A DNA stretch of 63,144 nucleotides. Origin: Thermoplasmata archaeon. Its GTDB lineage: Archaea; Thermoplasmatota; E2; DHVEG-1. The notes under the pieces are model-generated. The model saw only the letters and a list, made by a program, of their open reading frames with translations, ran no database searches and was not told where the DNA came from. How positions within the stretch are numbered: position 1 is the stretch's first letter; each line of letters starts with the position of its first letter. A program made the position numbers and the translations under genes. This document shows positions 19,086-29,767 of the stretch, piece after piece. The DNA lies in assembly GCA_003942085.1 (NCBI GenBank), contig DQIQ01000004.1, positions 1 through 63,144 on the forward strand, given 5' to 3'.

Positions 19086-19601
19086 ATGATAGAAAAACGC
19101 GATATTGAGAACTGTTTTTCAGAGCTTTCCTGGATACAAAACAAAGACCTCAGAAAAAAGGTCGTAGACGTATGGAAAATCGCTGCTGATCGCGGAGGAT
19201 GGAAGCAGCTTCAGGAAATCCCGTTTACTCTTCTTTTTGAGAACTCAGGGCCTCTTGTCGACCATACGAAAAGGATAACAAAACTAGCATGGACCGTGGT
19301 CAATGCAAGGGATGAGCCTCTCAATAAGGATCATTTGATCGCTGGTGCATTGCTTCATGATGTCGGCAAACTTCTTGAATATGAGATGAAAGCCGGAAAA
19401 ATCGTCAAAAGCAGCTTTGGGGAAAAAACACGCCATCCTGCTGCTGGTGCTCAGCTTGCCGAGGAATATAAGCTTCCTAAGGAAGTCGTCCATATCATCG
19501 CTGCACATAGTCATGAGGGAGACACAATGAATCGGTCACCTGAGGCAATCATTGTTCATCATTGTGATTTTATAGACTTTGAAATCAAAAAAAGGAAGTG
19601 A
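19086..19601 (+). CDS. HD-domain phosphohydrolase
   Basis: LVDH, GALLHDVGK, RHP, HIIAAHSHEG, HHCD. Confidence 0.85.
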   Translation: MIEKRDIENCFSELSWIQNKDLRKKVVDVWKIAADRGGWKQLQEIPFTLLFENSGPLVDHTKRITKLAWTVVNARDEPLNKDHLIAGALLHDVGKLLEYEMKAGKIVKSSFGEKTRHPAAGAQLAEEYKLPKEVVHIIAAHSHEGDTMNRSPEAIIVHHCDFIDFEIKKRK

Positions 19602-19605
19602 CACA

Positions 19606-21102
19606 ATGAAGGTGAAGAACGCTGCAGGCAGAACAGTTGAAACAACGATTGCGGGTACCACCTTCAAACCATTTACAGGAGCACGGAAGTACGGGTTTGC
19701 TTCAAAACTAACCACCCTGGAAAAAGCGCTGAAGGACTGCCGGTTGAAAAACGGCATGACGGTTTCTTTTCATCATCAGCTCCGTAACGGGGATTTTGTG
19801 GTGAACCAGACGCTTGCTGCAATCAAAGAGCTGGGGGTAAAAGATATTCGCCTTGCACAAACCGCGTTATTCACGGTCCATCAGCCAGTCATTGAATATA
19901 TCAAAGAAGGGATCGTCACCAGAATCGAAGGAAGTCTGAATGACACGGTCGGGGATTTTGTCTCGAAACATCCACTGAAAAGCCCGGTCATCCTGCGGTC
20001 GCATGGAGGTCGGTGGGCAGCAGTAAAAACCGGGGAGCTGCACGTTGATATCGCAGTCATCGCTGCATCAGTTGCAGATGAACGTGGAAACTGCACGGGT
20101 CTTGTTGGAAACAGCGCATTTGGTCCTATTTCGTATTCACAGGTCGATGCGATGCACGCGGACCATGTGATCGTCGTTACGGATAACGTCGTGGAGTACC
20201 CCTGCAAGCCACAAGAAATCACGGAGCGATACGTGGATTATGTCGCACAAATTGACCAGATTGGTGACCCAAAACAGATCGTCTCAGGATCCTTGAAGAT
20301 CACCGATGACTCTGAGAAACTCAATATTGCTCGACAATGTGTTGACCTGATGGATGCGGTTGGACTGATAAAAGACGGTATGGTGTTTCAATCGGGTTCT
20401 GGCGGTATATCGCTTGCCGCAGTCAAGTACCTCGGGGAGCGGCTTGAAGAGAAAAACGTCGTTGCTGCCTGTGCGACCGGGGGGTTAACAAAATTCATTA
20501 TTGATATTTACAAGGCTGGTCGTGTCAAAAAAATGTATTACTCGCAGGTGTTTGACACCGAATCGATACAGTTCATCCAAAATGACCCAAGCATGCCTGC
20601 TGACATCGGGCATTATGCAGACCCGACATCAAAGGGACGGACCGCAGACAGCCTTGATGCCGTGGTCCTCGGGGCAACCGAGGTTGATGTCCGCTACAAC
20701 GTCAACGTCAACACGCATAGCGACGGACGTCTGTTGCATGGTATTGGCGGTCATCAGGACACCGCAGCTGGTGCTGACCTTACGATTATCACTACTCCAA
20801 TCTTTAGGAAAACAAACCCGATCATCCGGGAGAATGTCACTACCATCACGACACCTGGATCCGTTATTGATGCGGTGGTGACGAACCGAGGGATCGCGAT
20901 AAACCCGATACGAAAAGACTTTCTTAAGAAGATAAAAGGCACGATTGACACGGTTCCGATAGAGGAGCTAAAACGTATGGCGTACGATGCCACCGGTACA
21001 CCACAGGAACCGCATCTCGGCGACGAGATCATCGGGATCATCAAATGGTTCGATGGAACGGTTTTAGACATGGTGCGGGTGGTCAAAGAGGAGAGCCCAT
21101 GA
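19606..21102 (+). CDS. citF: Citrate lyase alpha subunit / citrate CoA-transferase
   Basis: GMTVSFHHQLRNGDFV, LRSHGGR, FQSGSGGISLA, GATEVD..NVNV, GIGGHQDTAAGA, TPGSVIDAVVTNRGIAINP. Confidence 0.88.
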   Translation: MKVKNAAGRTVETTIAGTTFKPFTGARKYGFASKLTTLEKALKDCRLKNGMTVSFHHQLRNGDFVVNQTLAAIKELGVKDIRLAQTALFTVHQPVIEYIKEGIVTRIEGSLNDTVGDFVSKHPLKSPVILRSHGGRWAAVKTGELHVDIAVIAASVADERGNCTGLVGNSAFGPISYSQVDAMHADHVIVVTDNVVEYPCKPQEITERYVDYVAQIDQIGDPKQIVSGSLKITDDSEKLNIARQCVDLMDAVGLIKDGMVFQSGSGGISLAAVKYLGERLEEKNVVAACATGGLTKFIIDIYKAGRVKKMYYSQVFDTESIQFIQNDPSMPADIGHYADPTSKGRTADSLDAVVLGATEVDVRYNVNVNTHSDGRLLHGIGGHQDTAAGADLTIITTPIFRKTNPIIRENVTTITTPGSVIDAVVTNRGIAINPIRKDFLKKIKGTIDTVPIEELKRMAYDATGTPQEPHLGDEIIGIIKWFDGTVLDMVRVVKEESP

Positions 21103-21869
21103 AGTGGAAAACCTCGATTTCTAAGATAGAACCGAATCATATTATGACCAAAGGGTACCGACAGGAGGATCTCATTGGGAACGTCCCCTTTCCTCATGTG
21201 GTGTACCTCTTGTTGAAAGGAACGCTCCCGACACAGGAGCAAGGGAATATGGTTGATGCAATCCTTACCTCATGTATCGATCATGGCCTCACGCCACCGT
21301 CATCTATCGCATCCCGGACCGTCGCATCTGGCGGAGTCCCTTTACCTACTGCGGTCGCTGCAGGGATTCTCTCGATCGGGGATGCCCATGGTGGCGCGAT
21401 AGAAAAAGGGGCAAAAATCCTCCAAGAAGGCGTTCTTCAGATGAAAAAAGAAGGAAAATCTGCGGATTTGATAGCAGCAGCCCTGGTGAAGGAAAGCAAT
21501 GAGCAGAAGAAGCGGATCCCCGGGTTTGGTCATCGAATCCATACTGCGGACCCTCGGACAAAAAGGTTATTTGAACTGGCTGAAGAGCTCAAAATAGCAA
21601 AGGACCATGTTGCCCTTTGCCAGGCCATTGAAACCGCACTTGAGAAATCCCAGGGAAAAAAACTTCCGATTAATGTGGATGGCGCGATCGCCGCGATCAT
21701 CTCTGACATGGGCTTTGACTGGCGTTTAGGCAAAGCATTCTTTTTGCTTGGCAGGGTCGCAGGGCTCACCGCACAGGTTTACGAAGAACAGACCCAGGAA
21801 AAACCGATGCGTGAGATGTTTACGATTGATTATGATTATGTCGGCCCGGGGGAAAAAAACCTCCCCTAA
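21099..21869 (+). CDS. Citryl-CoA lyase (short citrate-synthase fold)
   Basis: WKTSIS, DHGLTPPS, HGGAIE, PGFGHRIH.DPR, PINVDGAIAA; about 256 aa; ATGA overlap with citF. Confidence 0.8.
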   Translation: MKWKTSISKIEPNHIMTKGYRQEDLIGNVPFPHVVYLLLKGTLPTQEQGNMVDAILTSCIDHGLTPPSSIASRTVASGGVPLPTAVAAGILSIGDAHGGAIEKGAKILQEGVLQMKKEGKSADLIAAALVKESNEQKKRIPGFGHRIHTADPRTKRLFELAEELKIAKDHVALCQAIETALEKSQGKKLPINVDGAIAAIISDMGFDWRLGKAFFLLGRVAGLTAQVYEEQTQEKPMREMFTIDYDYVGPGEKNLP

Positions 21870-21985
21870 CTTCGCCTCTTAACGATCAATTACTCATTTC
21901 CTTCCTTCTGCGAAACGTAATCTTCCCCTCGGAGGCAACAAAACAAAAACGTTTATAACTCTAATCGGTTTGCCGTATCAATACA

Positions 21986-23305
21986 ATGAAGATACTATTG
22001 GTGTTTCCAAGAATCGAGCATGGAGCCTCAACATATTCAGATAAAGGTTCGTGGGCATCCCTACTGCTCGGCTATGCGGTCATCACGTTACCTCATATTG
22101 CAGGGATTACTCCTCGCCAGCATTCGGTGACCATCGTAGATGAGAACTACGAGGACATAGATTTTTCTGCAGACGCAGACTTGATAGGAATCACTTGCTA
22201 CACGATGACGGCTCCCCGTGTGTATGAGATAGCTGATGAGTTCAGACGACGGGGTAAAAAGGTGGTCCTGGGTGGATATCATCCCACGGCGATGCCAGAA
22301 GAAGCAACCCAGCACGCAGACAGTATCTTGCGTGGTGAGGTCGAATTGACCTGGCCTCAGATGCTACAGGACGCTGAACAAGGGAAGATGAAAACGATTT
22401 ATGAGGCAAACCCTGATTTTGACATGGCCCTGATTCCACCGATCCGCCGAGACCTCATTCGACATAACCCTTTCATCGGAGCGGTGCAGACTTCTCGGGG
22501 ATGCCCGAACCGCTGTGAGTTCTGCGCAATAACCAGTTTCTGTCAACATGGCGTGAAGCACCGACCGATCAAGAATGTCATAGAGGAAATGAAACAAATC
22601 CCAAACTCAGTGTTCATCATTCATGATCCAAGCCTCACCATCAACCCTCCATATTCCCGAGAGTTATTTCAAGAGATGATCAAGCACAAAATAAAGAAAG
22701 GATGGATCGCGAATGGGAATGCCAATGTGCTGGGGAAAATCGACGATGAGTTCCTCTGTCTCGCCAGGAAATCCGGATGCGTCGAATGGTTCGTCGGGTT
22801 TGAATCCATAAGCCAAGCGTCTTTGAACGGCATTAAAAAAACCGTAAACAAGGTTGAGGATTTCAAACGCATGATTAAACGTGTTCATGACCATGGGATG
22901 ACCGTTCAAGGTGGCATAATCTTTGGATTTGATCAAGACACCCCAGATATTTTTGAGACCACTTTGGAAAAGGTCAAAGAATGGGGACTTGACTGCTTAG
23001 AGGTAAACATTCTCACTCCGTACCCCGGTACCCCCTTGTTTGACCGTTTGGAAAAAGAAGGAAGGATTCTGACGAAAGACTGGTCACGCTACAATCAAGT
23101 AGACGTCGTGTATCAACCCAAACAAATGACTCCACAGGAGCTCATAGAAGGCTCCCGGATGGTCGCAAAGCAGTATTATACCATGACAAACGTGATGTTC
23201 CGGGCGCTAAAGATCCTTGCAATCACACGGAAGCGTGCTGGATTGGTCCCCGCGGGAACGAACTACACATTCCGAAGATACTACAAACGAGATTTCCATA
23301 TCTAG
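21986..23305 (+). CDS. Cobalamin-binding radical SAM enzyme
   Basis: B12 domain (VVLGGYHPT), TSRGCPNRCEFC, GFES, IFGFD, LTPYPGTPL. Confidence 0.88.
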   Translation: MKILLVFPRIEHGASTYSDKGSWASLLLGYAVITLPHIAGITPRQHSVTIVDENYEDIDFSADADLIGITCYTMTAPRVYEIADEFRRRGKKVVLGGYHPTAMPEEATQHADSILRGEVELTWPQMLQDAEQGKMKTIYEANPDFDMALIPPIRRDLIRHNPFIGAVQTSRGCPNRCEFCAITSFCQHGVKHRPIKNVIEEMKQIPNSVFIIHDPSLTINPPYSRELFQEMIKHKIKKGWIANGNANVLGKIDDEFLCLARKSGCVEWFVGFESISQASLNGIKKTVNKVEDFKRMIKRVHDHGMTVQGGIIFGFDQDTPDIFETTLEKVKEWGLDCLEVNILTPYPGTPLFDRLEKEGRILTKDWSRYNQVDVVYQPKQMTPQELIEGSRMVAKQYYTMTNVMFRALKILAITRKRAGLVPAGTNYTFRRYYKRDFHI

Positions 23306-23325
23306 CTTATAGACAAAATAGATCA

Positions 23326-24645
23326 TCAGGCGCTGTTCACAATCAATTTGAATTTCCCTGTTTTCTCATCGAGGGGAAGATCGTTGACGACTTTCACGCT
23401 GTACGTCACATTGGTGAATTTTTTCTCCGCGAGGATTCGATCGAGTTCTTGTCGTATGCGCTGCTCTACCAGTACGTGGTCTCCGTTGATAACCGCTCGA
23501 AATTCAAATGATGTTTTGTCTTTTATCGCGAATTGGAGTTTCTCTAGTCCGCTGACATAAAATTCTGCAATCACGATAGGATGGATAAAGTCCATGACTC
23601 CCTCGCGGTTCTGTAACCAGATCATGGATTCCGATCGTCCGATGATATTATCGACGAAGGTGAAAGGCAGGATCTTCCGCTGGTCTTTTTTCAGGTTGAA
23701 CATATCATTGATTTTGTAGCGAATCAAAGGCTGGGTATAGTTAAAGAGGTTTGTTATGAGGGCATACTCGTCCTTGAATTCTATCAGACATAAATCATCC
23801 ATGAGGTACATACCATCGTATTCCCGTTTTCCTGTTCCAAGGACCGGGCATTCCGCAAGACCGTAGTTATTGGTCATGGGCGCGTGAAACGCTTCTTCAA
23901 TGCCCTCCTGGTCTTTAGGGATAATCCCTTCACCGCAATTCACCACGATTCGAGGATGGATCTGTAGATTACCTTGTTTTTGTTGTTTAGCAAGGATTGT
24001 TAATCCAGTGAAATATCCGCCGAGGATGTCCGGCTGGAAGATATTTAGCCTCTTGACATGGTCCTGCAACGGTTTTGTGATATCAAGGATCAGAGGATCG
24101 CAAAAAAATCCGATGACGCCGCGTCGACACCAGGCGGTGAAACTCACCCCTGTAAAATGACCGGTGGTTGCACCATAAAACACAGATTTGCTTTTATGGA
24201 ACCCTAAATCAGACACCCGTATGATATAGGGGAAAAACCGGTCCCAGTCATTGCCCGCGTAGACAAACATCCCTATTTTTCCGGATGACCCTGAGGTATG
24301 CAGCACATGATATTTTCCGAGATACAGATCATTTGGGTCTCTGTTTTCCTGGATGAACTTCTGAACGCCTTTTTTTGTCACATCACGTTGGGTCATCACC
24401 TCATCAAAGTGCTCCATGAGAATGTCTTTATCAACGATCGGGAGGTCTTCGATGTCGACGGTCTTTATTGACTCTGAAGTAATACCAGCCGACGTATACA
24501 AATCATGATAAAAACGCGAATGTTGGAACGCGTGCTGAAGTAATGCACGGAATTTTTTTTGCTGGAGGCGAAGAATATTCTCACGGGATTTCTTTTCGTT
24601 TCTGCGCATCGCAAGATAACTTCGTACTAGGGTAAACGTGCTCAT
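23326..24645 (-). CDS. PaaK/CapK-like adenylate-forming enzyme
   Basis: HTSGSSG, NYGLAE, ITNLFNYTQPLIRY, IIGR, terminal GKFK. Confidence 0.8.
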   Translation of the reverse strand: MSTFTLVRSYLAMRRNEKKSRENILRLQQKKFRALLQHAFQHSRFYHDLYTSAGITSESIKTVDIEDLPIVDKDILMEHFDEVMTQRDVTKKGVQKFIQENRDPNDLYLGKYHVLHTSGSSGKIGMFVYAGNDWDRFFPYIIRVSDLGFHKSKSVFYGATTGHFTGVSFTAWCRRGVIGFFCDPLILDITKPLQDHVKRLNIFQPDILGGYFTGLTILAKQQKQGNLQIHPRIVVNCGEGIIPKDQEGIEEAFHAPMTNNYGLAECPVLGTGKREYDGMYLMDDLCLIEFKDEYALITNLFNYTQPLIRYKINDMFNLKKDQRKILPFTFVDNIIGRSESMIWLQNREGVMDFIHPIVIAEFYVSGLEKLQFAIKDKTSFEFRAVINGDHVLVEQRIRQELDRILAEKKFTNVTYSVKVVNDLPLDEKTGKFKLIVNSA

Positions 24646-24875
24646 ACGACCCGACTTTCCATTGCCAGAATGAAATAACCGAGGTTTTTTTTATACCTTT
24701 TGCCTTCAATATTGATTGGACCTTTGTTGTATATGATTTAGGAGCGTCCTCGCATACGGCGCAAACAGCTGGCTGCCATAAAATTATCTAAGGAAAGAAT
24801 GAGGCACTACATGAAAAAAGCATAAATGTTTATAACCAGAAAATGATTTCTGCCAGTGACAGGAGTACAACAGCA

Positions 24876-26270
24876 ATGAATCCATTTTTCGACCCGGTGT
24901 TTTACCTCCGTCTTGCGAAAAGTTATCTTTCAGATATCAACCGAGTCTGGCATACTGATCTGCAGCAGCTGAAAAAATATCAAGACCAGGCGTTTCGTCA
25001 GATGGTACGGTACGCGTATACGGTCCCTCTGTATCATCAAAAATACAAGGCCAACAATATTCATCCCAGTGATATCAAAGGGACGAGCGATGCTTTGAAG
25101 CTGCCCTGTATCACCAAAGACGACCTTAAAACACATTATCCTGTCGGGATTATTCCAAAAGGATATGATACGTCCAAAGGGTTTCAAGTGAGCACCTCCG
25201 GGTCGACCGGAAAACCAGTACGCATCTATTTCGATGTTTTCAGTGCGATAAAAGGTTTGGAAGGGTTTGTCAGGGAACTGCGTACCTATGGAGGGAACTG
25301 GCAGCGTTCACGGGTAATGCTCATCATTGAAAACCATCCGGGTAGCTTTGAGCATGCACTCTTCTCCGGAAGCGTGCTACCGTTCCTGAATCATTTCATC
25401 TCTCTGAAGAACATCCGCTACATTCACATTAGTGAAAAACCAGAAACTATTATGAAGCAGATAAACGAGTTTCAACCGGAGTTCCTCGGTTCTGATCCGA
25501 ATATGTTACGACAGCTTGCATTTTTAAAGGAACATGGAGAAGCACCTGATCTTCACCCCACCACGCTACTTTCTGGTGCCGCAATGCTTGATAGTTACAC
25601 CAGGCGATATGTTGAACAAGCATTCGGTGCAACCTTGTATGATACCTACGGGGCGACCGAAGCAGGACCGATCGCGTTCGAATGTATCGACAAGGGTATG
25701 TACCATGTTCATTCAGATTTTGTGTTCCTTGAGTGTCTCGATGATGATAATACCCCGGTTGCTCCAGGAGAAATCGGACGTGCGGTGGTAAGCCGCCTCT
25801 ATGGTGGAGGGACGCCGATTATCAGATACACCGGAATTGAGGACCTGGTCACCCCTGCTGAGGCAAAGTCGTCATGTGGGATTACCACGGAGATGATTCA
25901 ACACATTGGAGGAAGGTCAACCGACCTCTTCATTTTGCCAAACGGTTCCTTTATGTCACCGCTCATCGTCACAGGCATTCCGGCTGAGACCATGGAGCAT
26001 TTCCATTCGTATAAGATACAACAGTTCCAAATCGTTCAGCAAAGCAAAAATGAAATCGAGGTTTTCGTCGTCATTGACAGCCACCTCAGGAATGTCGGTG
26101 TCCCAATAAATGAACTTTTCTCGGAGATGAAAAAACGGTTTACCCAGGCTATTGGTCTAGGGGTCGAAATCAAGATTACTGAGACCGATGAAATCCAGCC
26201 TGGCGTCGCATCAGATCATGTCAAGGTAGCGATTTCAAAAGTGCACGATCCGGCCAAAAAATTACATTAA
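24876..26270 (+). CDS. PaaK-like adenylate-forming enzyme
   Basis: STSGSTGKP, YGATEAG, TPIIRY, GGR, QFQIVQ; start MNPF after an AGGAG SD. Confidence 0.8.
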   Translation: MNPFFDPVFYLRLAKSYLSDINRVWHTDLQQLKKYQDQAFRQMVRYAYTVPLYHQKYKANNIHPSDIKGTSDALKLPCITKDDLKTHYPVGIIPKGYDTSKGFQVSTSGSTGKPVRIYFDVFSAIKGLEGFVRELRTYGGNWQRSRVMLIIENHPGSFEHALFSGSVLPFLNHFISLKNIRYIHISEKPETIMKQINEFQPEFLGSDPNMLRQLAFLKEHGEAPDLHPTTLLSGAAMLDSYTRRYVEQAFGATLYDTYGATEAGPIAFECIDKGMYHVHSDFVFLECLDDDNTPVAPGEIGRAVVSRLYGGGTPIIRYTGIEDLVTPAEAKSSCGITTEMIQHIGGRSTDLFILPNGSFMSPLIVTGIPAETMEHFHSYKIQQFQIVQQSKNEIEVFVVIDSHLRNVGVPINELFSEMKKRFTQAIGLGVEIKITETDEIQPGVASDHVKVAISKVHDPAKKLH

Positions 26271-26926
26271 TCCAAAGGTTTTTTTATAAGAAAAAAGGAA
26301 GTGATAGAGCCAAGCGTTTCTGATCGGACCTGATCTTTTATTTCAAAATATCGGGAAAGGTCAATCCGATCATCGAGAATTTTGCCCTGGGCATCCGTGA
26401 TGATCCGGACGATGACCCGAGTGTTTGGGCGCACATGGGTTGCGAGATGGGCAATCATCTCCGATTGTCTTTTTACTCCATATAAGACGACAATCACGTC
26501 AAACCCGTCAAAGGGGTAGGAAAACCCGTCCGCACATTCAATTTCCAGGTGATGACCCAGTGAGAACTGTTGGATGTATTCCTTGGAGGCACGGATTGCT
26601 TCTGGGTCTTTGTCGATAGCGACTACAGAAGCATTTGTTTTTTGTGCAAAAAGAACCGCGGTGGAAGGAAGTGATCCACTCCCGATAATAAGGATCCGAT
26701 CGTGTATTGATATCGAAGCCATCCTGATTTCTTCAGAGACGATTTCTTTGTACATATCAAGATACAGTTCTGAGAATATCTGCAGCTTGCTGCCTATTTT
26801 CTCCACGATGATAAACAAACGGTCCATGAGTTGTTTAAACGCGTTCGTTGGAAAGCTATTGGCAATTCGCCTGAAAAGTATAGACTGCATCAGAAGGAAG
26901 AATCGTTCCATCACATGTTTTGCCAT
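26267..26926 (-). CDS. SAM-dependent transferase, nicotianamine-synthase-like
   Basis: ILIIGSGSLPSTA, AIDKDPEA, FDVIVV resemble the NAS GSGPLPLT motif. Confidence 0.6.
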   Translation of the reverse strand: MAKHVMERFFLLMQSILFRRIANSFPTNAFKQLMDRLFIIVEKIGSKLQIFSELYLDMYKEIVSEEIRMASISIHDRILIIGSGSLPSTAVLFAQKTNASVVAIDKDPEAIRASKEYIQQFSLGHHLEIECADGFSYPFDGFDVIVVLYGVKRQSEMIAHLATHVRPNTRVIVRIITDAQGKILDDRIDLSRYFEIKDQVRSETLGSITSFFLIKKPLD

Positions 26927-26959
26927 ACTGTCTCTGTGAGCTCCATCGTTGTTGTCTCT

Positions 26960-27901
26960 TTAAATGTAATGTTCCTTTTCAAGCCATTGTCGTACCCGCT
27001 TCATCCCCTCTTCATAAGCAACCGCGGGCTTATAATTTAAAAGGGTTTTTGCTTTTTTTAATGATACTGAGTTTTGATTGGTAAATATCTCAACGGCAAC
27101 GGGTGTTACCCATGGTTCGATTTTAATGAGAGTATACCCTGCCATCATGAGTTTTCCTACCACTAATGCGGTTCGTTTTGACATGTGCTTCTTAATCGGT
27201 GGTTTTCCCGCCATTTTTGCCAGAGCGTTTAGATAATCACCCCACGTAGTCGCATTATCCCCATCAGTGATATCAATACTCTCACCGATCACACCAGGTT
27301 CTCGTAAAGCGACAAGTAAGGCATCAAGGAGATTGTCAATATACGTATGCAGAAAGATGCCGGTTCCTTTGTCGATGAGTGCAATTCGGTTTTTTTGAAT
27401 AGCTAAAAGAGGCCGCAGCACCCAGGTTTTTGCACCAGGTCCATAGACGTTTCCAGGACGAATGATGACAACAGGGAAGTGATCATGGGTATATTTCTCT
27501 ATAAGGATATGTTCTGCTGCCGCCTTTGTTTTATGGTAGTACCCTCTGCTTTTTCCGGTTTCATATCTGATGTGTGAGAGATAGATGAACTTCTTTATCA
27601 AGGATGCTTCACTAGCGGCAATAAGGTTTTTTGTTCCCTCGATGTTTATTTGATCGAAAATGTGCCTTGGTCCGTAGTCTTTCACCAGTGCGGCACAGTG
27701 AAACACGACATCGACCTGATCCATCGAGGATTTAAGAAATGCAGAATCAGTGATATCGCCGGAAAGGTATTCCACTTGTTTATGAAAAAATGTCGGTTGA
27801 GTATGATGGATAATGCCGCGAACAAAATGACCCTCAGATACAAGTCGTTGTACTAACGAACTTCCGATGAACCCTGCTGCTCCGGTGATGAGACATCTCA
27901 T
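26960..27901 (-). CDS. Extended SDR (3-beta-HSD/epimerase-like)
   Basis: TGAAGFIG, FHCAA, YHKTK, RPGNVYGPG. Confidence 0.85.
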   Translation of the reverse strand: MRCLITGAAGFIGSSLVQRLVSEGHFVRGIIHHTQPTFFHKQVEYLSGDITDSAFLKSSMDQVDVVFHCAALVKDYGPRHIFDQINIEGTKNLIAASEASLIKKFIYLSHIRYETGKSRGYYHKTKAAAEHILIEKYTHDHFPVVIIRPGNVYGPGAKTWVLRPLLAIQKNRIALIDKGTGIFLHTYIDNLLDALLVALREPGVIGESIDITDGDNATTWGDYLNALAKMAGKPPIKKHMSKRTALVVGKLMMAGYTLIKIEPWVTPVAVEIFTNQNSVSLKKAKTLLNYKPAVAYEEGMKRVRQWLEKEHYI

Positions 27902-28884
27902 GCGCCCTTCACCTGAAACTCATAGCGTTTCCTGAGAAGATACTGAGAACCGCTGGTGATGACGAGGGCAACGAGGTAGACCAGGATTGCTATAGGGATA
28001 CTCGCTATTCCAAATATGAATGCGGAGGCAAGAGTGATCCGTTCGATGACAAAAAATTCATGGAACCGTAATCCTTTCTCCCGTGAATAAGACGACAGGG
28101 ATCGAAATAAATAGAGGTACATCACCAGGAGAATGGCTGCATCGATGATGATGATCAGATAAAATTGAATAGCCAGAAAATGATAGTACAAGGGGAGGAT
28201 CAACGACAGAGGAAGCCATATAGCAGTCAGGAGTAAAGAAAAATAAATGGAGATTTTTACTCCATATTTTACGGGGATGGTCTGGTAGCCGCCTTTTTTA
28301 TCTCCTTCGATGTCTCGAATCGCACCCACAAGATTGCTGTTCGTATCATGCAGGAGGAAAACGACGGAGAGCAACCATACATACGGGGGAAGTGAGGAAA
28401 GGGAAGCACCGGTAGCAAATATCCCAAAAAAATAAGCAGCCATGGTAACCAACCCTCTATTGACATTACCACTGAGACCATGTGATTTTGAAACGTTCGT
28501 ATACAGAAACACCAGGAGAGCGACCACAAAAACAAGCACGACATTATAGAAACTTAACAGAAAAGTCAGAAAAAAACCTGCGAACGCAAAGCAGGCACCG
28601 ACGATGATTGCTTCCTTTGGTTTGATTCTGCCTGAAGGAATGGGGCGATGAGGTTTCTGGATTGAATCCAGTTTTCTATCGAGATAATCTGAGAGGTACA
28701 ATCCTGCGATCCAGCCCATGATCGGGATGAACAGTACCAACAGTGCTATTGATATCGATGGAAAATTCCCCAGGGCAACGCATGTGCCGACGAGGCTGAC
28801 CAACCCGCACCATATCACCGTATATAGCCGCATGGTCTCAAGATGCGCGAAGAGTTTTGTTTTCAACAAGGACGAGGACGTCAC
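27898..28884 (-). CDS. UbiA-family prenyltransferase
   Basis: SDYLDRKLD..KPHRPIPSG and RDIEGDKKGG Asp-rich motifs; multiple TM helices. Confidence 0.85.
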   Translation of the reverse strand: MTSSSLLKTKLFAHLETMRLYTVIWCGLVSLVGTCVALGNFPSISIALLVLFIPIMGWIAGLYLSDYLDRKLDSIQKPHRPIPSGRIKPKEAIIVGACFAFAGFFLTFLLSFYNVVLVFVVALLVFLYTNVSKSHGLSGNVNRGLVTMAAYFFGIFATGASLSSLPPYVWLLSVVFLLHDTNSNLVGAIRDIEGDKKGGYQTIPVKYGVKISIYFSLLLTAIWLPLSLILPLYYHFLAIQFYLIIIIDAAILLVMYLYLFRSLSSYSREKGLRFHEFFVIERITLASAFIFGIASIPIAILVYLVALVITSGSQYLLRKRYEFQVKGA

Positions 28885-29003
28885 CTAGACAGCTCCGCTA
28901 TATACAGGGAATGATAATCATTACATTTAAACCTTTAACATGAAGCAATCCCCATATCATTTATTTGATACAACGACACCTTGAAAAAAAAGGGTAACAA
29001 TGG

Positions 29004-29663
29004 ATGAAAACAGCGAAGAAATTAAAAAAAGTCTCAGCATTCCAAGCAGCAGGAGACAAAATGACTCGCACCTCGTTTGATAAAACAGCACTGTTATACA
29101 ATTTTATCGAAAAACGCATCTGGGATGACTATACAAGTGCGTGCAAAATCATTGAAGGGTATTTAACTCTTGAATCAGAAGAAAAAATAATAGACATTGG
29201 TGGAGGGACCGGATTAATTGCTAAGCTGCTTCGTAGCAAAAAACAGAACGACGACATCATGGTTTTTGATCTTTCTTGCAGTATGCTGCAAAAAGTGAAG
29301 GATCCATCATTGTCTTTAACCCAAGGGGACGCGACAGCCTTTCCCCTGAAAGATGAGACGTTTACCCTGGCGATTCTCATCAATACGCTACACCACATTC
29401 CTCAAACCAAACAACAGGTTGCATTGCAGGAGGTTTTTCGAATTTTAAAAAAACAAGGCAGAATATTCATAATCGAGTTATGGTATCCAAAATCGTTTCT
29501 AACAAATCTTTTTGTAAAAACCGAAAAAATAATGGTTGGAAAAACCCATCATCTCACTCCCGATAAAATGCACCTTTTGGTACAGGATGCAGGGTTCCAT
29601 GGAATAAAGGTTTTTTCCCCAAAGAACTATCACTATCGTTATGTCACCACCGCAGTAAAATAA
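29004..29663 (+). CDS. Class I SAM methyltransferase (UbiE-like)
   Basis: IDIGGGTG, DLSCSML, GDATAFP, TLHHI. Confidence 0.8.
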   Translation: MKTAKKLKKVSAFQAAGDKMTRTSFDKTALLYNFIEKRIWDDYTSACKIIEGYLTLESEEKIIDIGGGTGLIAKLLRSKKQNDDIMVFDLSCSMLQKVKDPSLSLTQGDATAFPLKDETFTLAILINTLHHIPQTKQQVALQEVFRILKKQGRIFIIELWYPKSFLTNLFVKTEKIMVGKTHHLTPDKMHLLVQDAGFHGIKVFSPKNYHYRYVTTAVK

Positions 29664-29767
29664 CCAGTGATTATCGTTTTTGCTTTCATGGTATTACTCC
29701 AGATGGTCAGGGAAATCACGAGAAGACAATTTTAATAAACACCAGCTGGTTTCCTAGCGTCCATCAT

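Noticed and set aside
21099..21869. Citrate synthase
   Set aside because: Too short, and its N-terminus and motifs fit the citryl-CoA lyase subgroup better.
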